DNA of 64,000 nt from Azolla caroliniana (Eukaryota > Plantae > Polypodiophyta). Each line of letters starts with the position of its first letter. Within the stretch, counting starts at the first letter, position 1. The notes under the pieces are model-generated. The model was not told where the DNA came from. It made no database searches and saw only the letters and a program-made list of their open reading frames with translations. Positions 51,516 through 64,000 of the stretch are shown here, one piece after another. Position numbers and translations under genes: made by a program. The stretch covers positions 10,478,001 through 10,542,000 of the forward strand of contig JBHGNT010000007.1 of NCBI GenBank assembly GCA_043228905.1. The letters are read 5' to 3'.

Positions 51516-52159
51516 TCGAGCTATCTCGCTCTCTCTTTCTTTCTTTGTCTTGCACATACACAGATAGACACAATTTTCTTCTGCTACATTAGAACACCTC
51601 CACTCTCCATTTCTTTACATGGTATCAGAGCATGTGATAGTCTAATTTGCTCAATTGTGTTGTATTGCTCGCCGACGATCAAACACAACTGGCTCAACGA
51701 TAGAGGAGAAAAACAACACAATGAACACTCAGATGGGAAGCACTCTTCCCACCAAGAAACTTGATAGGTCGAACTTTGCACCTTGGGAATACCAGATGCA
51801 CCAATACCTTGTCGGCCAAGGTTATTGGAGCTACGTCGAAGGAGCTCAAGAAAATCAACCCAACCCGGCACATGCCGACTACCCAGCTTGGGAGCAAGCG
51901 GCGAGTCGCGTGCTATACTGCCTAGCATCATGCATTCATAATCACATGCTTCGCTACATTCAAGAGGCAAAAACGCCGAAAGAAGCCCAAGGCAACCTCA
52001 AAAATATCTTTGCAGCCAACACAGTTGCACGCAAGCTTCAACTCCGATAGGAATTGAACAATATTTAGCAAAGGGCTATGTCGGTTACCAACCACACCTT
52101 GAAGATCAAGGAATTGTGCGATGCGTTGATGTTCCATACACGCACGAAGCATACGTCAT

Positions 52160-52644
52160 CACCATTAATGTTGATTGGTAGAGTGAGTTGCACACCTCCT
52201 TGATCTTCAAGGTGTAGCTTGTGATCGACATGTCTCTCTATTGGACACTGTTCAACTCTTGGTGGAGTTGAAGCTTTCGTGCGGTCGCATTGGCCACAAA
52301 AATCTTCTTGAGATTTTCCCAAGCTTCCTTCAACGTCTTGGCTTCTCAAATGTAGCCGATCATGTGGTCATGAACATATGATGCCAAGCAGTACAACACA
52401 CGATTGTGAGGAATAGTTCTCGACCACAACCGAGTTCCAAACGCACAATGGAAGAAACATAACAAAAATAGAGATTGATGCACTTACACAAGAATGAGGT
52501 GACCTCAAGAGGCAAAACCATGGGAGTTCACAGACTCCGAAACAGGATCACTATAGAGTAGAGGTACTACAATGGGAGACTTAGAGGCAACGACCTCGAG
52601 CTCTGTCTTCGCCAACCGGCAGTTACAACGGAAAAGCTTCTTGT

Positions 52645-52695
<51 letters not shown>

Positions 52696-53606
52696 GCTCT
52701 GTACAACATAAGAATGATTTCAACAACTACTTAACACTTATTGCCCTAGTTATATTTATACTTATATAACTTTAGGGCTATTTACAAATAGGACCTCAAC
52801 AGTCACATCCAAAAATATTTACTAATATGTCCCTATATCCAGTTCACACAAGATACCTTCCGGATTCATCCGATCCAGCTCATTTGATCCCATCCAGAGG
52901 GACCGGTTTCCCAACGACGACTTGTCGCTTGCTCCTATGTTGGGTAGTCAGTGTGTGTTGGGTTGGGTTTCATTGCTTGAGCTCCTTCAATGTAGCTCCA
53001 ATAGCCTTGGCCGACAAGGTATTGGTGCATCTTGTATTCCCAATATGCAAAGTTGTTTCTATCCAACTTTTCACTGGGCAGAAAGCTATCCATCTGAGTA
53101 TTCATGATGGTCGAAATGGGTTTCCTTCTTCTTCTTCTTCTTCTTCTTCTCTCTTGGATACAAACTATGTAGCAATGCTATAATTGCAATCAACCGGTTC
53201 TTTTTGAATGTCGGTGTAGATACGACACACGCAGATGGGCTAGATCAAGTTACCAACTCATTCTAATACCATGTAAGTAATAAACTATGTGATTATTTGC
53301 AACGGAAATAGATTAGAAGAGTGTGTGTGTGTGTATGAGAGGAGAGAAAAATTACAATTGTATATTCACAAGAAAGATAATCAACTGATTACAAAGGAGA
53401 GGAGAAGGTGCTTATATGGTCATCTTCTCTTACTAAAACTGCCCTTTGGGAAAGGGGGGAAACCTTAACTATCACATAACTATGTGTCATAGGATGTAAG
53501 TCTTACGACACATTAGTTATGTTACATAGTGGTGGTGTGTTCACACACTTCACATATTCTCAGGGTGTGTTCCCACACTAGGTTAAGTTGAGTTTGATTG
53601 TCAGCA
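52160..53606 (-). mobile_element. Copia 5' half in inverted orientation: LTR 53272-53606, mutated PBS, gag N-terminus split by a solo LTR
   Basis: LTR matches 50457-50868; ttctaatacca at 53261-53271; gag homologous to 51721-52127. Confidence 0.82.
52405..52916 (-). mobile_element. Solo LTR of the Tnt1/Tork-like family
   Basis: Similar to the A1 and A2 LTRs. TSD ACGAT/ACGAC (52400-52404, 52917-52921); removal restores gag EQATSRVLY. Confidence 0.85.
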
Positions 53607-55175
53607 TAGGGTTTGCACCATTTCTAGAAAAGAACTCTCATTTATTAGAAGATTTGATGGTTTTATTAAAGTAGTTTTGAGAAAGCTTTGAGATATAGAT
53701 AGTGTAAGAACAATAATCAAACAACATTTGAAAATTGAGATTGCTTGGCCTTGGCTTATGCAACAAAAATTTGCCTCCTTGCATTTGACATTCCTTGGGA
53801 TGAAGAGACATTAATGGATCAATTATGTGATGAGATGCACAATAGTATGAAAGATTTACTTCTCACTTTCAATGAAGATCTGGTCAATCACTGATGGAGG
53901 GGAAGCTAATATTGATTGATAAATATGATGTGATATCCAACTATTTGAGCGATGTTATGAACAACAACAAATATTGCCCTTAAGGATGGAGCAAAAACAT
54001 ATCCATATGTGGTAGCAGTCCCACCTTCAAGTCCACTACAAGGGAGATCAATGAGGCATTTTGTCAAGGGTAATTCATTAAAGTGGAGAAGTATCAATGA
54101 CAAACAAATTGTCTATGTTTATATAATCATGGCCAAGATGTCAAGTTAATCCCGTAAGTGTTAATGTTAAACTTGATCTTGATCTTGAAGTCTTTAGCCA
54201 AGTTAATGAAGTGTTAAATGAGTGAGTTTGCCAAAATAGGAGCCACTTGGTTGGGAACTCATAATTTGTGGAGTTAATCTAGAGTAATGGTCCATCTCGT
54301 CGAATCTAGTTAGTAGGGGTTTTGTGGTAGAAGTTGAATTTTTAGATCGCATCAAGTCTATTTACTCTACTCCGCTAGAATTAGGAGTCAATTGTTGTGT
54401 CATGGATTGTGAATTTTCATTGATACAAAAAATTCTCTTGAACTATGTTGTTCAACGCCTATCAATGTGTCACTAAATTTCAACAATCTCTCTACAAAGG
54501 TTACATGAAGAGGGACAAAAATAAGTGCTTTGTATTTTCAGTGGTAACAACATCACCCCCTAATCCATAGAATCCACAAGCTTACTTCCAACCAAGTATC
54601 AAGAATTTACATATGTCTCTGTAAGGAGTTTACCATTATCCTATCTATCTTCAACAAGAAAAAAGACCAGTTGTGGGGTCCAATTTATAACTTATTACAA
54701 ACGGAGCTCCACGTTCTTTAACAATATATTTATGATAAGTGGATTAATTTGGCATTTGAGATGTGGTTTTGGTGCACCAATCTTCTTTGTTGACAAGGAA
54801 GATGGGTTGCTTTGTTTGGTTGTGACGTTTAAGCAAGTCGTGGTTCAAAACAAGTATGCTTTGCCTCTAATCTCAACTCTTCTAGAGACCTTCAAGGTGC
54901 TTATAATCTTGTTCGGGCTCATCTAGTCAAAGAGTGGGCACATGTTTTGCAATTATACCTTTAGGTCTCACAAATGCACCAACAATGTTTAAATGTATGA
55001 CCAACACTATTGTTTTTGGGGTTTCTTGGACATATCACTGCGTTTATATCGTTGGTATTCTAACATTTCCCAAAACTCTGGGTATCTCCTCCACCGACAT
55101 GAGGCATGTGTCAATGTATAACTATTATTACTTATGCTTTGGGACATACATATGTCTATAGCAGTCCAAGAGTAG

Positions 55176-55900
55176 TTGAAAGGGACTATGCCGAATTTTG
55201 TGACCTATAGTTTTACCTTGAAGGCATGCATAAGCCTAAAAGCTATTAGAAGAGGGCAAGAAATCCATAATGAGATCATTGAAAGGGAGCTTGATTCAAA
55301 TCCGTGTCTTGTGGCTATTCTAGTTGATGTATATGCTACATGTGGCATTTTTGAAGATGCTAATGCAGTCATCAAACTACTATCAGCCAGAGGCAATGTA
55401 TCATGGAATCCGTTTATTTCTGGTTATATTGAGAGCTTGTAGCATCACTGGATCTTTAGATAAGGCCCGAGAAATGCACAATGATATTGTAAAAGTAGGT
55501 TTTCATATGGTTCAGTCTATTAGCAATAGCTTATTGATGCATGGGAAATTCATATAGATATTGTAGTAAGGGATTTGAGGATGAACATTTTGTTGGTAAC
55601 AGTTTAGTGGATTTGTATGCTAAATGTGGCCCAATGTTTGAATCACAACATGTTTTCACTACAATATGTAGTCATATTGTTGTTTCATGAACTGCCCTAA
55701 TTTCAAGGTATGTGGAACATGGACCTTCAGTAAAGGCATTGAACTATTTTGAAAAAATGCAAGTTGAAGTGAGAGCTTGTGGCAATTTGAAGTCAAGTAT
55801 TATTGGACAAAAGATACCTATCCATATGTTATTGGCAGGATATGAGAATGATATGTTTATTGCTAGTGGATGCTATGAATATAATTGGCATGGCATCAAT
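55176..55900 (+). pseudogene. Pentatricopeptide-repeat (PLS-type) gene fragments; a further fragment at ~56800-56910
   Basis: PNFVTYSFTLKAC...GQEIH..LVDVYATCG..DA..V..SWN..ISGY and NSLVDLYAKCG, with frameshifts and stops. Confidence 0.8.
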
Positions 55901-55904
55901 AAGA

Positions 55905-56401
55905 GATATGTTATTGCGAGTGTCAGAATCCTAGTGTTGGGTGCATTTGTAGCTGGTTCACGAGATCTGTCTTTCAATTTGCAAGGTTACATGGTGGTTC
56001 TACTATCAAATTTGCAAGGTAAAACAAGTGGGCTCAACAGTTTTGGTCTATGTGGTGTAATGGTATGATTTGTGGAACCATATTAGCACTATGGGCAATT
56101 TTAAATGAAGATTTAGAGAGAACCATGAATTTTCTTCGAGTGTCTGTAACAGGTTTTCAACTTGTTGTGTTGGCTTCATGCATTTTGGCATTCTTCTTGA
56201 ATTATACAATCTTTTTGAAGACAACACTTAACTCTCCCTTGACTCAAACAATTTGTGGGAATTTGAAGGACTTCTTTACTGTGGTATTTGGGTGGGTATG
56301 GTTTGGAGATTTATCTTTTTGACTGGTTAAATGTTTTAGGTTAGCTTCTTGGTTTCTCTGGAATAGGACTATATGCATTTTTCAAGCTTAAAGGAAAGTG
56401 A
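55905..56401 (+). pseudogene. Intronless 3' fragment of a nucleotide-sugar transporter (UGNT1/UTR7-like)
   Basis: LGAFVAGSRDLSF..GY, GKTSGLNSFG.MWCNG.ICG, SCILAFFLNYTIFL.TTLNSPLTQTICGNLKD, GLYAFFKLKGK*; frameshifts and deletions present. Confidence 0.78.
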
Positions 56402-56431
56402 ATAATACAAAGGTACTAATTGATGATAGAG

Positions 56432-56670
56432 GTGAGGAATGGAAATTTTGGTGGAAAAGAGAAATACAGAGCCATGAATGCATGCATATTCTAGCAACAA
56501 AACATACACACAAAAAGAGAGAGCCAGAGAAGTAATCATTTTCAAAAAATTGTGAGGAATGAAAAGTTTGGAGGAAAAGAGAAATACACTGCCCTGGATG
56601 TATGCAGATTTTAGAAGCAAAACACACACACAAAAAATGAGAGCCTTAGATGCATAAGTAATCGTTTTAA
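56432..56670. repeat. ~120-bp tandem duplication downstream of the transporter fragment
   Basis: gtgaggaatg.aaa.tttgg.ggaaaagagaaataca at 56432 and 56552. Confidence 0.75.
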
Positions 56671-58719
56671 AAAATTGGTTTGTTTGTGGCCAAATTTCTC
56701 TCTGAGATAGTGATTTTGGCCTTCAAAGGGAAAGGTCATCAAAGTTTTTCTATGTAATGGATAAATCAAATAGAAATCTTCCTATCTCACTTAAGAAAAT
56801 GATGGATGCACTCTCAACAAGGCTATGTAGAGTTCGGTGTTCATGACGAGGCGCTAAAATGCTTTGATCGAATTAGGCAAGAAGGTATCTTGCTAAATGA
56901 TATCACTTATCTTTGGTCTGTTCTCGGATGATCTATAATTGTTGAGATGGCATAGATTATATTATATTTGTATATTGCCCCTGGCCACTTTAATTTTAAT
57001 ACCAATGGAGGATATTTAAAATTTTAAAAAAAATAAAATTCCCAAAACTCAAGAGGAGCATGACGTGCATGTTCACCAAGCTCTATGAAAATTGTTTGAA
57101 TGTGGCCTCTATGCCAAATCAAAAAGTGTAGCTTTCATTGCAATCAAGTGGGATTCCTAGGATATATAGTTTTGTTGGAACATATCTCTATGGATCCAAC
57201 ATAGGTGCAAACAGTTCTAGATTGGAAAACATCACTATCTATGCATGATGTGCAATGCTTCTTGGGGATTGCAAATTTGTACCATAAATTCATCAAGAAT
57301 TACTTGAAGATGGTTCTACTCCTTACATGACTTACATAGAAGAACCAACCATTTGCATGGACTTCAAGTACAACCGAGACATTTCAAAGCTTAAACTGTG
57401 CATTTATATTTTCCCTATTCTAATCCATGATGACCCATCCATGTCGTTTATCTTTGAAGCTGACACATTTGATTTTTCACCAACAAGTGCCCTATCACAA
57501 ACCAAAGATGATGGATGGTTGTGTCTAGTCGTTTTTCATTTAGCAAAATTTCAAGTTATGAAAACGAATAGATTAATTACAAAGAGCTATTGGTCATCAT
57601 AGATTCTTTTGAGCATTTGTGCCACCTCTTGGGAGGTTCTCCCTCATTTGCATGACGTTAGAATTCGTCTCATGATGATGTTGATGGGCGCAACTTTGTA
57701 ACTTTGTTGAGGACTACTTTCTGTAGTTGTGATGCATCTGTCCAATCAATCGTGATATATAAGCAAGTGTTGTAGTCATTGATGAACCAATCCCTATAAA
57801 AAATATTGTCCCTCTTGGTCAGAATATAAATTTTTATTCTTCTTATTTATGTTTTCTTCCTATTCTCTTTTCCAATTTAGTACATATTGTTTTTTTATTT
57901 TGACTTGTGATAGTACAGGATGGATTTGTCTCCTTTACAAAAAAATGAATGCATTCCAAAGAGACAAGTTGGAACATTGTTGTGAGCTTATTAACATTGA
58001 GAATAGTATAAATTTATGTTGGGATGAAAGCGAAGCTAGAAACTCACATTAGTACTTTGATCAAAATACAAGTCAATATTGGCCGATTCCAAATGAGGTC
58101 ACATGGGCTTTGATTTGAAAAGGGAACATGCATGCATTTACATATTTTCCAATCCTCTCTTTATCAAACATTCTACCTTTTCCTCGTCCAAATTGTTGGC
58201 ATGGATTTTCAATCAATAACAAAGAGCATGTATTTGTATTTCTCCATACATACATATGTACATACATACATATTCAATACATATACTCAAATTCAATTGG
58301 TATCCGTCACAATACCCAAAAAGAGACAATCATTGCAAGTCTCGAGTTAGTCCCATTTTTCATTTGTCTCTACTCATTGAAAGGACCTCACTTCCTTCTC
58401 ATGCATATTTCTGCCTTCCATTAGATCCGTAAGCTTTCTAGCTTTCTCCTCATATATGTACTCGGGTGGGGGATTAACATCTTGTTGTGTATGAGTGAGT
58501 GAGTACAACAATGACACATAAAAGCATCCCAAACATTTGGGGCAGGTGTAAGTTAAGGAGTAGTGGCAATCGGTGGTGACAATGGGGGGTACAAAAAATG
58601 GTAATTCTCTCGTGTGAGCCATGATCATCATGATGCTGCCTCCATGTATGTATGTATGTCTCATCTCCATGCATGATGCATGCACACAATAAACATTGAT
58701 CATGAATAGGGACCAAAAT

Positions 58720-59514
58720 GCCAAAGTGTATGTATGCTAAACAAAATCTCATCTATATTATATATATGTACATACATAGCTGCTTCTTCTTCCATTACCA
58801 ATTGCATATGTATGTATGTAGGTACATACATACATACATACATACATATGAACATACATATGTTCATACATACATATGTACATACATATTCCTTATCAGC
58901 CAGCAACACAGACTTTCCTCTTCCCTTTTCTCTCTCTCTCTTCTCTTCTCTCCTCATCACTCTCTCCACTCACAGTTGGTTGGTTGAACTTGCACGTACA
59001 ACAACAACAACAGATCTGTCTATCTGTCTGTCTGTCTGTTTGTGCAGTGCAGTGCAGCCACAATCAATCAGGGCGCTTCAATCCACTCTCAACAGAAGGA
59101 GCTCTTCTGCTTCTGCTTCTGCTTCTACTCCCTTCTTCTGCTTCCCCTCTCTCTCTCCTTCTACCTTACATACCCAGTGTTCCACAGAAGATAGAAGAAG
59201 GATCTGCATTTCCATTTCTTTTGTCAAGCTCCCATACCTACCTAGGAGAAGAAGAAGTAACCGGAAATTTCCTCTCTCCTCAAGCTTCTGTATCTAGTGA
59301 GAAGAAGAAGAAGAAGAAGAAGAAGAAGAAGATCGGTTTCTTCCTTTTTCCCAAAAGCATCCACATCCAATTTTAGTAAGAAGAAGGGCATTCTTTTCTG
59401 CTCCAGCTACCACCAAGAAGAAAATACCGCGTTATTCCTTTCCTTCTTAATCTTCCATATCCAGTGAGTGATAAAAAGAAGAATCAGAAGAATATAGGGC
59501 TATAGTAGATTTCC
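58720..59514 (+). promoter_or_regulatory. Microsatellite-rich promoter/5' UTR region of EXO84
   Basis: (ACAT)n, (CT)n, (CAA)n, (TCTG)n, (CTTCTG)n and (GAA)n tracts just upstream of the ATG. TSS not determinable. Confidence 0.45.
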
Positions 59515-59718
59515 ATGGGGTCTTTGAAACCCTCTGTCCGCTCCAAGGCCGTACAACCTACTATAGTTTCCAATGGAAATGGTCATCATCATCATCATCA
59601 TCATCATGATGATGATCTTGGAACAGATGCTCTCAGTGAAGGCCTGAATGCTTTCAGAACTGATGCTTTCGATCCTGACAGCTATGTCCAGGCTCGATGC
59701 CAGACCATGAGTGAGAAG
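59515..59718 (+). CDS. EXO84: Exocyst complex component EXO84, coding exon 1
   Basis: ATG 59515; FRTDAFDPDSYVQARCQTMSEK|GT donor at 59719 (phase 0); poly-His tract. Confidence 0.88.
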
Positions 59719-60965
59719 GTGCATACAACATTGTTCTGAAGTTCAGAACTTTTTTCCCTTCTTTTTCGTTCGTTGCGTTGTGCATATTTTCTTCTTTAAG
59801 AATTGGATTTTGCGAGCTCCTCTTTGAATGAAAGGAGCTCACTGTTTCTGCATTTTCTGTCAGGACTGAAGGACAAAGGAAGCAAGACATATGAATTCTG
59901 TGTATAATTATCTTATTTTTTCTTGACTTTTAATCCACATAGAATTTTCTTCTCTCTTGTCTTGCATTTCCTTTACGGATTAAGCTCTTGCCAGAAAAGG
60001 GAAGCAAACATTAGCTTCATAATTTCATATTTTGCTAACTTATCTGCATGGGGAATTCTCGTTGTCCGGCATTTTCTTAATGGACTACATTTTCTGTGGG
60101 ATTTAGCTTCTGCACAAAAAGGGAAGAAAGAAAACACATGAATTTTGTTCACAAATATTATTGTTTTTCTTGCATGTTTAATGAGGACATTTTAGGTGAA
60201 AAAGGAATCATCATTGTTTGCACTCCTGGAAATTTTAATGTAAATCTGTCATACAATTATTTTCTGAGAATTTCGCTGAACTCTTGCTTTGCAGTTTCTT
60301 TAGGGGCAATCTGACATATGATTTCGTCACAAACATTCATAGTTTTCTTTGCTGTTTTAATGAAATTTTTTTGGTAAAATAATTTAATAATAATGCAAAG
60401 TTTCATGAACATTGGCAGGAATTTGAAGGTTGTCTGAACTTTTAGGGATGAGCTTGTGTCAAAAAAAATAGAAAAACGCTATAAGAAATTGTTCCTCGTA
60501 TTGCATTTTCTTCAGTGACAAGCTTTTGTTCTAGTACGAAGCAAAAGTGTGAATGTTTTTTCATAAATATTCATGGTTTTCTTTTTGCAATTTTAATGAA
60601 TTTTTAGGTAAACGGAACCCAAAACATACACACTCTCCTGCAAAATTATAATTGTAGTCTCAACTCATTTTATTTTTGGCATAAGACTCATCCAAATTAT
60701 CTTATATTTTGGTTATGTGTGCATTCTTGTACTCACCTCCAGTCTGTCCATTGGTCATTTCATATTCAGGATGAACTTTTTTAAAGCACATTTCAATTCT
60801 CATATTCGTTGCCTCTAATTTTTGTTTTTTTTGGTTAAGTTGTTCTTAAAATTAGATAATTCTGCAGGTAAAGCAAATAAAATAAGCTTAAATTTTGATC
60901 TTATGTGTAAATGGAGTACAAAGTACATTCTCGTTTTATTGTAGAATAGTTTCTGTTGCTTTCAG

Positions 60966-61063
60966 GGAATCAGGACCCTGTGTTCAGAACTTGTGAAGCT
61001 GAAGAAGGCATCAGCTGAGGAAATGAGACGTAGTGTGTATGCTAATTATTCTGCTTTCATACG
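60966..61063 (+). CDS. EXO84: EXO84 coding exon 2
   Basis: ttcag|GIRTLCSELVKLKKASAEEMRRSVYANYSAFI(R)|gtaagg; Vps51/Exo84 N-terminal motif; phase 2. Confidence 0.92.
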
Positions 61064-62759
61064 GTAAGGATTCAACTAAATAAGTTGTTTCCCATTAATC
61101 AGATGGTCAACATGCTCTATTTTTGCTGACTTCCTACCCCTACCTCCACTAAAGAATGGTTTATGGTATCTATTACACTTGAAGTATACCCTTGCAAGCG
61201 TTGGTGCGAACATATGATTCATAGACATTTTTTACAATAGAACAAGCTAATTGTTTTTTTCTCCATGGGAAAATGTTTGGGAAGCACCTGTTTTCAATTG
61301 CGTTTTTGGAAGGACCAGTTTTTTATGTGCTTGGAATTAAACGAATATGTAGTATATTTGTGTGAAGTTAATCATACGTTTTTGAGACCCATATTTCAAA
61401 AATCTTGTGCCACAAATTTGAAAGAAAAATTTGAATGATTGGGGTGTTTTAAGAATTTTGTCCCTTGACTTGCAAGATGAAGTTAATGTTCATTGTTCAT
61501 ACGAAAATAGTTCGATTTTTGAGGTCTTATTAATGGCATAAACCTTTTTTTTTCTCTCATTCGAACCATAGTACTTTTTTTGGCGTCACTATTCTTCATA
61601 CAGATTATTAAACGTTCTGCCTGAACATGGTTTCTTCTCATAAGATTTAAAACCATTTCCTGATGCTCCTACTTATAACAAACCAATGCATTTGGACTAT
61701 TTCTGTCCATCATCGTTATTTCTTTTCACTTCTTCACTGGTATGCTTCTTTGCACATCAATAAATTTAAGCTCTGCAGCATGTGGTGAAACACTGATTTC
61801 TATCCCAAATTTGTTCCAACTTTCTGGCTTTATATCATATGATTGAATTCAATTTTCTGATAAGCCAGCTGGTTGAAAATAGTTTCAGTTCAGTTAAAAC
61901 TCATTCTGCCAATCCTTCTTCATTCTTCAGGCAAGACTAGTTTTTTGGCTGCCACACTTTATTTGTTTACTTTAGAATTCTCAGGTGAATCACATAATTC
62001 ATTCCAAACACCATTAGTCTTTCATTTATGGGACAACAATAGAATAATGACCCAGTAGTCTCTTGATACGAAAATACAGATATTTTCAATGTTAATCACG
62101 ACAGTGTCTATGAGAACCACAATTTTCCTTATGAGTGGATACGAGCTCGATTGGGAAACTAATGTTTTCGGCCCTTCAATGAACAATCCTAAAGCATCAA
62201 TGAAACTTCAAAGGCCATGTGTGTGGCCCTCCATGCTTTATCCCTGTGCTGCCAAATAACCTTAGAACCCCTGTTCCTTTGATAAGACCATCAGTTACCC
62301 ATCGATTAAAATTTGTGACTGACTTAAAGGGATATGAAGGTAAGTCAGTCACACATTTTGGGCCATCAGATATGTCTTGATCATAGTTTTCACATACTGA
62401 ATAAACATAGAGGTATGGAAAAAGTATGTCTCAGACCCACTTTGTGTTTAGATGAAATGCAATGCCCCCTCTCTCATATTTGTTATACACTAAGTACTAG
62501 TAAGAACTCATACCTGATATCATTTGGGCGAGCACTCACTACACAGTAGATTTGCACATTGACGTCAGCCTTATATGTGGGATGATTACTATCTCTAACT
62601 GTATTTGAGGCATACAATTAGTTAAATGTTGTATGCATCTTATGGATTTCTTCATTGTCATTAGAATTAGTACTATGTTGATTTCCTGCCTTCTAAGACC
62701 TGCACTATGTAAACACTTGAAACAGAATTCAGCATCTAAATATACGATTTTACTTGCAG

Positions 62760-63783
62760 CACTTCTCGGGAAATTTCAGATTTGGAAGGTGAATTATTGG
62801 CAATGCGGAATCTTCTTTCCAATCAAGCTTCTCTAATTCATGATTTAGCGGAAGGTGCTCAATTGGATAGTCTGCCAGAAGTCTGTGATATAGAAACAGA
62901 AGATGGAAAATACCCCATAAATCATCATATGCTCCCAGAGGGTGGAAAGTACGTTCATCTATTGCTAGATACTCTTGATATTCTAATAGCAGAAAGAAGG
63001 ATTGATGAGGCTTTAGATGCCTTACTTGAAGGGGAGAAACTTGTCGTGACCTTATCTGATAAAGATACTGCTGCATGGTTACAAAAATCTATCTCTGAAC
63101 GAAGAGGGAGGCTTAGAGAATTACTCATTGAAATTGCACGCCAACCATCCACTCGAGGATCTGAACTTCGGACAGCAATATCAGCTCTTTACAAACTTGG
63201 TGATGGTCCTTGTGCACATACATTGCTCTTAACAGCACACAGTCAAAGGCTTCAAAACAATATGCAAGGCTTGCGAGCATATGGAAGTGCCTATACTGGA
63301 TCGTATACTTCTGCTCTTTCACAACTTGTCTTTTCTTCCATTTCTCAGGCTGCAAAAGATTCGTTATCTGTTTTTGGAAAGGAAGCACAATATATGTCAG
63401 AACTAGTCTTATGGGCCTCTGAGGAGACGAAAAAATTCGCATCCATTGTAAAGAGGCATGTTTTGTCATCTGCTGCAGCAGCTGGAGGTCTCCGTGCTGC
63501 AGGAGAGTCTGTGAGGGTTGCATTAGGACATTGCTCATTACTCGAAGTGCAGGGCCTCACGCTTTGTCCCGCTTTACTAAAGTTATTCAGACCTGACGTT
63601 GAACAGGCTTTACAAGCAAATCTAACACACATTGAGGGGTGTGTATCTGTTCTTGCAGCAGCAGATGACTGGGTAGTTTATAGTGCTTCAGGGTCTCGGT
63701 CTGGAAGCAAAAATCAAGTATATGAAGGCTTAATACAATTCAAGCTGTCAAACAGTGCACATAGATTTCAGATGTTGATACAG
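62760..63783 (+). CDS. EXO84: EXO84 coding exon 3 (gene continues past the window)
   Basis: tgcag|C completes the Arg codon; TSREISDLEGELLAMRNLL...ELRTAISAL.KLGDGP.AH...SSAAAAGGLRAA...LSNSAHRF; donor GT at 63784. Confidence 0.93.
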
Positions 63784-64000
63784 GTGTGCTTTCTATTTGC
63801 TGTCATTCAATTTCATATCCTGTGTATGAGCACTTGATTTCTTGTGAATGTGCATGATGATCTTGCATAGTGTAATTATATATACATATTTTTAGGATTC
63901 TGCCATCACTTATACACATGTGACATACAGAAGGATGCTGGTCTAATGATTTTCTTTGAGGTTATGCATGAAGAAAACGTTGACTTGTCATTCTTTATTT

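Larger units (their letters stand above)
51075..52130 (+). mobile_element. Copia 5' half: LTR 51075-51619, iMet PBS 51620-51631, gag N-terminus from 51721
   Basis: tgttgagaatcaaa...ttctttaca then tggtatcagagc; gag LPTKKLDRSNFAPWEYQMHQYL...ARKLQLR. Confidence 0.85.
53770..57680 (+). mobile_element. Decayed Ty3/gypsy (chromovirus-like) gag, RT and RNase H, with RT interrupted by host-gene fragments
   Basis: LAFDIPWDEETLMDQ (gag, ~53780); WGPIYNL, GAPIFFVDKEDG, NKYALPLISTLLE, PLGLTNAP (54670-55100); FLGYIV, VQCFLGIAN, ILIHDDP, KELLVI (57150-57640). Confidence 0.7.

Noticed and set aside
58374-59376. ORFs of 90-190 aa upstream of EXO84
   Set aside because: Translations of microsatellites with no domain signal.

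Overview
Land-plant nuclear DNA, probably a fern or other non-seed plant (inferred from TE families and protein style, not proven). About 58 kb is a nested transposon graveyard, followed by the first three coding exons of an exocyst EXO84 gene (59515 onward, + strand). The base layer at 1-11.6 kb is a spliced, pseudogenised DNA transposase (DFAENY...SDG..SQFK...HGKGEHDG; Sola2-like) with a convergent spliced acidic ORF. Layered on it are Tnt1/Tork-like Ty1/copia elements and solo LTRs, several copies of a second copia family with a duplicated PPT and a C-terminal extension, Ty3/gypsy relics, two LINE 3' fragments, and PPR plus nucleotide-sugar-transporter fragments sitting inside a gypsy RT. 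Most insertions can be bounded by exact TSDs. The main novelty candidate is a very young, pol-less, gag-only LTR element (39834-43308; apparently identical 707-bp LTRs, tRNA-Trp PBS, 4-bp TSD). Its LTRs carry an antisense tRNA-like A-box/B-box/oligo-T Pol III module. An unrelated copia LTR (51075-51619) carries two convergent tRNA-like modules. All calls are by eye; no database searches were run.
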